DNA from: an uncultured Bacteroidales bacterium | GTDB taxonomy: Bacteria; Bacteroidota; Bacteroidia; Bacteroidales; Muribaculaceae | Reading direction: 5' to 3' | Length of the DNA stretch: 64,000 nucleotides | NCBI GenBank assembly: GCA_958418815.1 | Contig: CATZGB010000015.1 | Span: 113 to 64,112 of the forward strand | Part shown: positions 29,701 through 35,173 of the stretch, piece by piece | How positions within the stretch are numbered: position 1 is the stretch's first letter | Layout: every line of letters starts with the position of its first letter | The notes under the pieces: model-generated | The model's database searches: none | Seen by the model: only the letters and a program-made list of their open reading frames with translations | Told to the model about the DNA's origin: nothing | Position numbers and translations under genes: made by a program

Positions 29701-29750
29701 ACTTCACAGTGTTCTCTCCGCAGGAGGAGAACAACCTAAAACCTTTCTGA
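26736..29750 (+). CDS. Phage DNA primase / helicase fusion (CHC2 zinc finger, Toprim-like, P-loop NTPase)
   Basis: Zinc finger CPFCGQNKFSVVHKNGKNLAKCFGC. A central acidic LLMDSDWQG/DKGVDD region is Toprim-like. Walker A is GASNGGSGKS. Length is 1004 aa. Confidence 0.8.
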   Translation: MSDFQKYDKFQIEELKRDADIRLFIPGCDESKRDQKIVCPFCGQNKFSVVHKNGKNLAKCFGCDVSFANGVAAVMKLNGMDFLPAVEYVAERANFVLVPRDQKRRSKVEKLKGGNLKSFCSQQLEESGLTMDDIVARVLDSQGREDWVVPFRKGGVDAPFQPNDTDDEMLIHYYGLDGRPKTYVPRGNGGRPKPYVRVRWSNPDLHPDNDGKPTKYKTPAGAPSQVYVPQYIRTKYQAGEHLETLFIQEGEKKAEKACKHGVPSIGIQGINNFGTTQDGLLQDIQYLVKKCSVRNVVLLMDSDWQGLHRNIITGDDITKRPNSFCKAVIKFKVFINSLHNRGYSVDVWWGHVNDNEAGDKGVDDLLCNTLKGREGDLLSSIDEAMHSHNGKSSLVDIHKITSISDKQIEDFWLLNDDQAFYDLHKERLADVETFKIKRIRYKVENGRLVQVNRYSSDIDIWSIETDSKDRKKVVFNALETFEFLKANGFFRLRTVNSDGTVTFDFIRIDDGIIERTSPIEIRDFIRDYIDSTCREYIVKNFFREKMDSILADKKMENLARVDNDFDDFRPELQRLYYNNGTVEITSGGIVAEQPMCNVWRTRILPRKFRRVPVISDISVADGEFSVTLTEAGRRCEFLQYLLNTSNSFYPHDDPRELTQAEHSELMRHLVNKITSIGFLLCDYKFPTECKAVVIQDHRMAEVGASNGGSGKSILGTAIGKVVPQIVFDGKKDETGQFFFERVSLATRNLFIDDVRTNFNFERLFPMITGDMIIDRKNIGALEIPLEKSPKILITTNHAINKSEEDATRRRIIYMEVSEWYNPEHTVIDDFHHMLFNDWAADDQWVLFDNLMAECVMYYLRSFEQMWHREGMGAVPPPMDNIRLRSLRQEMGEAFFQWAEEYFDPSGTKLNERVPRKEMYSAFIDNVGNGGHSVSPTGFRRKLEAFCKFKGYDLNIKSKDKAGRSYVDWRKKHKSESFLGVADKSGGAEYFTVFSPQEENNLKPF

Positions 29751-29752
29751 GC

Positions 29753-30064
29753 ATGATAAATCCCGATATTGTTTTTGACGCTGTGTGCGCCGAGTCAGGG
29801 CTGACGAGGCGGCAGCTGCGGTCTGCATCCCGTCTCTACCGGATCGTGGCGGCCAGGATGCTGGTGATGCTTCTGCTGTACCGTGAAGGTTATCACGACA
29901 GCCGGATCGCATTCCTGCTCGACCGGGCGCGTTGCACTGTCACGCTGCAGCGACACCGCGCGATGGGCTACATCGCCACCGACAAGCTGTTTCTCAAACG
30001 TTACGAATCACTGAAACAAACCATCGAAGATGCAAAACGACAACCGTCCACGCAATCCCTATGA
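29753..30064 (+). CDS. Small HTH protein resembling DnaA domain IV
   Basis: RIVAARMLVMLLLYREGYHDSRIAFLLDRARCTVTLQRHR matches the DnaA C-terminal pattern (R..a..iamyL....s...Ig..f.rdHsTV). This is pattern recognition only. Confidence 0.5.
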   Translation: MINPDIVFDAVCAESGLTRRQLRSASRLYRIVAARMLVMLLLYREGYHDSRIAFLLDRARCTVTLQRHRAMGYIATDKLFLKRYESLKQTIEDAKRQPSTQSL

Positions 30065-30404
30065 ACACCTCCGTCACGAGGAATATCCCGACTCCGCGCC
30101 GGAAACCCAGTACTCGGCTTATTGTGTCAGCGACCATCCTGATGAGCAGGTCTCAATACTTTTGGCCGAGCCGGCCCCGGGCAGATGGGTGGGGGGGTAC
30201 TCGGTGTACTGGGCCAACAGGCGCCGCCACTCATTTCTGCAGCCATCCTTGACGAACGGATGGTTTGCGTCGCGCCGAGACGCGATACTCTTCTATCTCG
30301 GTTTCTTTTCGACATACCTGGCGTATTTCATCCCCCTTAACCAGGACGCGATCCGCAGGGCCATTGGCCGAAATTCGCAGACAAGCATAATTGACCTGTG
30401 CTGA
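30030..30404 (+). CDS. Hypothetical phage protein
   Basis: 124-aa ORF on the operon strand. No motif recognised. The start is uncertain. Confidence 0.45.
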   Translation: MQNDNRPRNPYEHLRHEEYPDSAPETQYSAYCVSDHPDEQVSILLAEPAPGRWVGGYSVYWANRRRHSFLQPSLTNGWFASRRDAILFYLGFFSTYLAYFIPLNQDAIRRAIGRNSQTSIIDLC

Positions 30405-30452
30405 CAACCATGCAATCAACCCAATTTGTAATCTATAAACTGTTTTCCCGAA

Positions 30453-30902
30453 ATGTTTGATTTTTCACGTATGAAATCCGCGTTTGGACGCAGAGCCTCC
30501 CGCGAGGAAAGAGATATCGAGGATGTCTCTTTTGAAGAGATCCGCAAAGATTCAACCAATGACGATGCTGCCAATGAAGCCAGGAGACGCGCTCGCGCTG
30601 ACGCTGTCCGTTCTGAAGCTCTGTCATTCCTTGAGCGCGTCACAGAGAAGATAACCCCGGGTTATATCGAGGGGCTGGCCATCATGTCATTGTTCATCGC
30701 TGGCGCAAAATGGTGTGACGGTCTTCCAGCCTCGGTTGTCGAATCTGAATCCGTTTTCCTGGGCCGGTTGTCTTCTGCCGTTGACTCGCATTTGCGTGAC
30801 GGCAATGCCGCCCCCAGTGTTAAGGCCTATCTTTTTCTCGGCCTCTGTTTCAGCACAGGGGCCACTTGGGCGCGAGAGCATCCGGAGACTCCGCCGGTCT
30901 GA
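30453..30902 (+). CDS. Hypothetical phage protein
   Basis: 149-aa ORF with GC3-rich codons, followed by a strong terminator. Confidence 0.55.
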   Translation: MFDFSRMKSAFGRRASREERDIEDVSFEEIRKDSTNDDAANEARRRARADAVRSEALSFLERVTEKITPGYIEGLAIMSLFIAGAKWCDGLPASVVESESVFLGRLSSAVDSHLRDGNAAPSVKAYLFLGLCFSTGATWAREHPETPPV

Positions 30903-30929
30903 CTTCGTTCAAGACATCAGGAACGGCCA

Positions 30930-30962
30930 CGCCCTCGCTCATCACGGCGGGGGCGTTTTTTT
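30930..30962 (+). terminator. Intrinsic terminator (motif reused at 55556)
   Basis: cgccctcgc..atcac..gcgggggcg followed by T7. It is nearly the same sequence as the terminator at 55556-55586. Confidence 0.7.
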
Positions 30963-30982
30963 GTGGAGTCGCGGAATTGTTG

Positions 30983-30990
30983 TATTTTTG
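30983..30990 (+). promoter_or_regulatory. -7 box TATTTTTG
   Basis: TAnnTTTG match about 30 nt upstream of the ATG at 31021. Confidence 0.45.
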
Positions 30991-31020
30991 CGACATAGGA
31001 AAATCCAGCAATCAACCATT

Positions 31021-31941
31021 ATGAAACCCTCGTTCCTGTTGTTTCACGCCGAGTGCGTGAATGAATGCCGCGATGCGGTCTGCCATCTGGTTCTGTGTCC
31101 TGTCGTCGACGGAGACCCGCGTGAGCCTGTCGAGTTCTTCTTTAACCCCGAGGCCCGGTTTGTTTTTGTGCAGTCGGGACTCTCCGCCGCCGATGTGGAG
31201 AAGTTCCCCCCGTTGCGGGACGGTTGGCCGGAGGTTGAGCGGTTGCTCGATGAGTTCGACATGCTCGTGAGCTCGGCTGACGGATATAGCGCGGAGGCCC
31301 TGTGCAATTCGTTGGCGAGGCTCGGCGTTGACGCGCGCCCGCGCCGGTACTGCAACGCCAAGTCTGTCTGCCGCCGCGCCATTGACGAGCTGTCTTACAG
31401 CCTTGATTATCTCAGTTGTTCTGTCCTTGGCCGGAAGGTGCCTCAAGGCGAGCCTGTGGAAATCGCCGTCGCTTGGCGGGATTTGCTCCTGGCCTCCCTT
31501 GACGGTGTCGATTGCTCGTCCTTTGACGAATACCTGGCGGCGGCCAAGATCATCCCCGGGCAGATTGCACGGGATGGGTTGCTGCGGCCAGTGGTGACGC
31601 GCGACTACGGGAAACGTAAAGCCCACCGGTTCGACCCGTCTCAGGTTCCTGTCGATGCCCGGCCTGACAATCCGTTGTTCGGGATGAATGTGGTGTTCAC
31701 CGGAACTCTTGAGGCAATGACCCGTGACATGGCCCGTGAGGCTGTCATCAAGGTTGGCGGCTTCGCCCCCTCTTCTTTGAACAACTCGACAGACTTTCTT
31801 GTGGTCGGCAACCAGGACCTGCGGGTTGTCGGGGAGAAAGGCTTGTCCGGCAAGATGAAGAAGGCCGCCGAGATGCGCTCGAAGGGCCTGCCGATAGAGG
31901 TTGTCAACGAGTTTGACTTCCTCGAGATGTTGGCGCAGTGA
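31021..31941 (+). CDS. BRCT-domain protein with DnaQ-like N-terminal half lacking canonical DEDD residues
   Basis: The C-terminus GMNVVFTGTLEAMTRDMAREAVIKVGG...DFLVVGN...KAAEMRSKGLPIEVVNEFDF is BRCT-like, as in LigA. The N-terminal layout resembles the epsilon exonuclease, but FHAEC replaces FDxET. Confidence 0.6.
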   Translation: MKPSFLLFHAECVNECRDAVCHLVLCPVVDGDPREPVEFFFNPEARFVFVQSGLSAADVEKFPPLRDGWPEVERLLDEFDMLVSSADGYSAEALCNSLARLGVDARPRRYCNAKSVCRRAIDELSYSLDYLSCSVLGRKVPQGEPVEIAVAWRDLLLASLDGVDCSSFDEYLAAAKIIPGQIARDGLLRPVVTRDYGKRKAHRFDPSQVPVDARPDNPLFGMNVVFTGTLEAMTRDMAREAVIKVGGFAPSSLNNSTDFLVVGNQDLRVVGEKGLSGKMKKAAEMRSKGLPIEVVNEFDFLEMLAQ

Positions 31942-31982
31942 GAGTGTCATATCGTGAAATTGCAATTAGAAAATGTTTACAT

Positions 31983-32495
31983 ATGAAGAAGATTAAGTTT
32001 GCTATGTTGTTTTGCTCAATGGCACTGTTGTTGCTGGTGTCAGGCTGTGCAAAACCTATGTTTCTCCAACAAATGTACTACGTAGATTACTACTCTGGTG
32101 GTCTGTATGGAAAGGTGTTTATCACTGAATCTCCAAGCGTGTCGTTTGATTATGAACCTCTTGGCTCAATTGTTGTATCCGAAGAATCTGGTTATGTGTC
32201 CAAGAATAAAGACACTTTCAAGGTTCACAAACTAAAGGGGGATGATGTCTATTCGGGCAACCTCCCTTGGAGCAAGGAAGAGCAGGAAGCCGCAAACCTC
32301 AGCAACATTTACCGAGGAGCTGACTATGAATCCGCGTTACAGGCGGCTTCGACAAAAGCCATTGAAATGGGTGGTGATGCCATTATCGGGCTTAAAATAA
32401 AGTCGTGGGGGTATAGGATTCAACTAAACGGGAATAAGCATAAGGACGTTGCGAAGCTCATAATCGTTTCCGGAATGGTTGTGAAACGAAAATAG
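31983..32495 (+). CDS. Lipoprotein, possibly YbjQ/DUF74-like (moron)
   Basis: Lipobox LLLVSGC. ALQAASTKAIEMGGDAIIGLKI resembles the YbjQ family. It is markedly AT-richer than its neighbours. Confidence 0.55.
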   Translation: MKKIKFAMLFCSMALLLLVSGCAKPMFLQQMYYVDYYSGGLYGKVFITESPSVSFDYEPLGSIVVSEESGYVSKNKDTFKVHKLKGDDVYSGNLPWSKEEQEAANLSNIYRGADYESALQAASTKAIEMGGDAIIGLKIKSWGYRIQLNGNKHKDVAKLIIVSGMVVKRK

Positions 32496-32577
32496 CCTGA
32501 TTTGCTGACGATTTGCTGACGAGATTCTGACTAATCATTTTTTTGAGATTTTCTTTGGCAGAATGAATGCTGTGTTG

Positions 32578-32585
32578 TAACTTTG
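32578..32585 (+). promoter_or_regulatory. -7 box TAACTTTG, unit 1 of cassette copy 1
   Basis: TAnnTTTG match. The predicted 5' end coincides with the first helix strand at 32590. Confidence 0.55.
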
Positions 32586-32589
32586 CAGT

Positions 32590-32762
32590 GCTACAACCAA
32601 GGTGATTAGTTCACCCCGCACGAGCGCGGTAAATGCTCGACATATTTTGCGGGCTTTTTTTATGCCCGGACATACCAGCCATATGCGGCTGTCACCGATA
32701 TCATTTGACGTGCTCTTAGGAGTGAACGACTTTGGTTGTAGCAACGGTGACAGCCGTTTTTT
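32590..32762 (+). ncRNA. Structured ~173-nt leader/ncRNA, unit 1 (unassigned family)
   Basis: Helix A is 32590-32600 with 32732-42. Helix B is 32686-97 with 32745-56 (12 bp, perfect), followed by T6. A U-loop hairpin lies at 32650-32668. Both helices covary with copy 2. Confidence 0.6.
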
Positions 32763-32786
32763 ATTAATAGCTACAATCAAAGTCGT

Positions 32787-32884
32787 ATGAGAACAACCAA
32801 CACCATCGCCCTGAGCCAGGGCGCGTCGGCCCGCATTCTGCCGGGCGCGGTCTCCACAAAAATCCGCGCAATCGCTTGCGGATT
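32787..32884 (+). other. Truncated duplicate of the first 24 codons of the 2-TM ORF plus hairpin
   Basis: ATG plus [21 protein letters not shown] is identical in sequence to 33127-33198. It then diverges into hairpin aatccgc/gcggatt (32861-32884). Confidence 0.6.
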
Positions 32885-32897
32885 CAAAAAATCTGCT

Positions 32898-32905
32898 TAC
32901 CTTTG
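32898..32905 (+). promoter_or_regulatory. -7 box TACCTTTG, unit 2 of cassette copy 1
   Basis: TAnnTTTG match. The helix strand starts 8 nt downstream. Confidence 0.55.
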
Positions 32906-32910
32906 CAGCG

Positions 32911-33078
32911 TCTTCCATTTGAAACAGGCGACAGCGTCGCCGTCAGCCAGCCAAGCCGTCGGCCTTTTTTGTGGCCGTAGGTCTGTGGCCTACAATATTG
33001 GTTCCGTCCCGTGTGGAGCGTTAATGCGCCCACTGCCTGTTTCAAGGTGGAATGCAACGGGGAGCGGAACCTTTTTTT
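32911..33078 (+). ncRNA. Structured ~168-nt leader/ncRNA, unit 2 (unassigned family)
   Basis: Helix A is 32913-29 with 33035-52. Helix B is 33000-12 with 33057-71, followed by T7. A U-loop hairpin lies at 32960-32977. The architecture matches unit 1. Confidence 0.6.
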
Positions 33079-33126
33079 GTTTCTTCCCTGGGCAAGTTAA
33101 TATAGTTTCATTTAAAGCATTCCGAA

Positions 33127-33384
33127 ATGAAAACAACCAACACCATCGCCCTGAGTCAGGGCGCGCCGGCCCGCATTCTGCCGGGCGCGGTCTCCACAAC
33201 CATCATCCCGGCCCTCCGCGCCATCAGCGTGGCCGCCTCTGTCATCCTCGCGCCGGTGGCCTACCTGCAATGCGCCGCCGGGACTCCGTCGCTGCCCGTG
33301 ATACTGGGCGCGTCGGCCAGCCTGCTGGCGGCGGCATTCCTCCGCCCCTCGTCAACCTCAAGCCGGAAAGGAGGTGACAGATGA
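33127..33384 (+). CDS. Small membrane protein, two predicted TM helices, basic C-terminus (holin-like or type-I-toxin-like features)
   Basis: 85 codons with strong GC3 periodicity. A paralog at 56172-56429 shows 76 of 85 identical residues. An AGGAGG lies near its 3' end, just before the next ATG. Confidence 0.6.
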   Translation: MKTTNTIALSQGAPARILPGAVSTTIIPALRAISVAASVILAPVAYLQCAAGTPSLPVILGASASLLAAAFLRPSSTSSRKGGDR

Positions 33385-33575
33385 GCTTCCGTTTTGAGAA
33401 GAAGGTCGCCATCACCCGGGAGGTGATGGGCGCGCACGTCGTGGAGTTGAAGATTGATGGCTACAGCTCGGGGTTCATCGTCGTGGACGAGCCTCAAGAC
33501 CTGTGTCTGCTCCGTGACAAGCTCGACGAGTACATCAACGAACATGGAATCAAAGAGCCTGAGACCTATGAGTAA
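33381..33575 (+). CDS. Small soluble protein, translationally coupled (ATGA overlap)
   Basis: 64 aa. The paralog at 56426-56629 shares the core GFIVVD.P.DL.LLRD...EYI...GIK. AGGAGGTGA precedes the ATG. Confidence 0.6.
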   Translation: MSFRFEKKVAITREVMGAHVVELKIDGYSSGFIVVDEPQDLCLLRDKLDEYINEHGIKEPETYE

Positions 33576-33912
33576 GCGCAAGTCTATCATTTACAAGCAG
33601 AAAGCAGCCGGGGTTTCCCCCCCCGAATTTTCCTCCGGCCTTTCAGGAGGCCCAGCCGGGCACGATGACCTGAATGTGCCATCGGCATTGAACGTGCTGG
33701 ATGACTGGCTTGCCCGTTTCGAGCCAGCTGTCTCGGTCGATGACGGCCAGGTGGAGCTCCGCACCACGGTCGACATCATCAACGACCTCTCTTCGATGTG
33801 TGACCTTGACATCCGGGGCGTTGTGGCCCATATGACACGAAAAGGCTATCGTTCTTACCACGACTCAGATGGAGTCCACGGATGGATGCTCAAGCGTGTC
33901 GACAGACGTTAG
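33568..33912 (+). CDS. Hypothetical phage protein
   Basis: 114-aa ORF starting at MSKRKSIIYKQK, overlapping the upstream stop. It has no paralog in cassette copy 2. Confidence 0.5.
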   Translation: MSKRKSIIYKQKAAGVSPPEFSSGLSGGPAGHDDLNVPSALNVLDDWLARFEPAVSVDDGQVELRTTVDIINDLSSMCDLDIRGVVAHMTRKGYRSYHDSDGVHGWMLKRVDRR

Positions 33913-33944
33913 ATTCTTCTGCGATCCATCACCATATATGGATG

Positions 33945-33976
33945 GCGGCCCTGTCCGGGAGGATGGGGCCGCTTTT
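33945..33976 (+). terminator. Intrinsic terminator
   Basis: Stem gcggccc / gggccgc followed by tttt. Confidence 0.55.
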
Positions 33977-33997
33977 CGTCATGGGTGGTTGACGTTC

Positions 33998-34184
33998 GGG
34001 ATTTTTCATGCGGAGCGCAGCGGAGGATGAAAAACATCCCGGGGAGGTATTTTTCAAAACCCTCGCAGCCTGGAAGCCCTGGGGATTTCCCCCGCGCCCC
34101 CGCAAGAGAGGGATGGAGACAGGTGCGGCGGTGCGCGGCACGATGGCACGGGTGGCCAGGTCGCGGTCTGAGGGGGCGCGGGGG
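33998..34184. other. GC-rich ORF-poor structured segment
   Basis: A hairpin spans 33998-34040 (gggatttttcat / atgaaaaacatccc). A perfect 13-bp long-range pairing joins cccccgcgccccc (34089-34101) and gggggcgcggggg (34172-34184). Confidence 0.5.
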
Positions 34185-34296
34185 CGCACCAATATGGCCT
34201 GCAAGACAGCCGGGATGCATACACATCTTACCCGGTAAACAGGCTTTTTGGTGAAAATCGGCAGTTGTTTTTATTTTTTTCATTCATATTGATTTG

Positions 34297-34426
34297 AAAA
34301 AAGAGGTGCAAAAGTACAAAAAAGAGGTTTGTGTTTGTAAACCAGCTGTTTGCAAATGCACCATTTGCGCACTTTTCGCGCACTATTCGGTTTTCGTACA
34401 GTACGAAACCGGGCACGTACAGTACG
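34297..34426. repeat. AT-rich segment with two pairs of 11-nt direct repeats, each spaced 21 nt (iteron/operator-like)
   Basis: aaaaaagaggt occurs at 34297 and 34318. cgtacagtacg occurs at 34395 and 34416. Confidence 0.6.
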
Positions 34427-34602
34427 GTTTTTGAAAAAGTACTATTTTTTGAGACTGTAATGGGTTGTGTCGCAATGTGTTGCGCGTGGGCGCACCAAAG
34501 CACCATAAAAACCCCGCACTCTTTTCTATATCGTGTGAAAAAACACACACGCGTTTCAAAAGGAAGTTGCAAACATTGTTTCTGCTTTTTCCCCGGATTT
34601 TC

Positions 34603-34610
34603 TAACTTTG
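34603..34610 (+). promoter_or_regulatory. -7 box TAACTTTG
   Basis: TAnnTTTG match 21 nt upstream of the ATG at 34631. Confidence 0.5.
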
Positions 34611-34630
34611 TGTCTGAATTCCTTTTGTTT

Positions 34631-35101
34631 ATGTTAATCTACATCAGTCTTAGCGACTATCTGGCGCAGTGGTTTGTCAATGATCAGGGCGGCAACAACC
34701 CGGTGAAGCTGAGGAAAGGGTCTGTTGAGTCGGGAATACTGGAGGTTTTCCTCCAGGCTCCTCCGGAAGGATATGTGCCAGACCTGCCGGGGGACGGTCG
34801 ACTGGCCATCGAGCTGCCAAACTTCCGCCACAAGGACACCAGATGCTGTTACCATCTGCCGGAGAAAGCGAGGGAGGCGCTGGCCGACTGCATACGCACG
34901 AGGTTCGACTTGTGCATGTGGGACTCACTCCACCGTTTCTCCAACATCCTCCGCAGGCAGGATCATCTGATTTATGCCTTCATGGAACAGCATGGCATAG
35001 AAATCAACGAGGCTAATTTCTGCGCCATCCAGAAACGTTACCAGCGCAAGCGCGACATATACAAACGCGCGCTGCGCCGCAAAAAAAGTTCATTGAAATA
35101 A
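34631..35101 (+). CDS. Hypothetical phage protein (basic C-terminus)
   Basis: 156-aa ORF from MLIYISLSDYLAQWF..., with the tail KRYQRKRDIYKRALRRKKSS. No family recognised. Confidence 0.55.
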   Translation: MLIYISLSDYLAQWFVNDQGGNNPVKLRKGSVESGILEVFLQAPPEGYVPDLPGDGRLAIELPNFRHKDTRCCYHLPEKAREALADCIRTRFDLCMWDSLHRFSNILRRQDHLIYAFMEQHGIEINEANFCAIQKRYQRKRDIYKRALRRKKSSLK

Positions 35102-35173
35102 ACCCGACTTCAAGGGGCGTTTTTCGGCGTTGTCCGATTTGTCCTCCCCCCTTGGAGTCTAATTTGAGTCGAT

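Larger units (their letters stand above)
32578..33575 (+). repeat. Cassette copy 1 (two leader/ncRNA units plus 85-codon 2-TM ORF plus coupled 64-codon ORF); paralog at 55612-56629
   Basis: Direct repeat of the second cassette 23 kb downstream. The block 32787-33380 is near-identical to 55830-56425. Confidence 0.9.

Noticed and set aside
32535-32918. Minus-strand ORFs across the cassettes (32535-32918, 55722-55976, 33261-33590, 56269-56535)
   Set aside because: They are not conserved in length or frame between the copies, are Arg/Cys-rich like antisense translations, and overlap promoter and terminator signals.
32787-33377. 196-aa ORF reading from the truncated ATG through unit 2 and into the membrane ORF in another frame
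   Set aside because: The equivalent frame in copy 2 stops at 56159. The span contains a promoter box, covarying helices and a U-run. Codon periodicity appears only in the first 24 codons. It is treated as non-coding beyond the short element.
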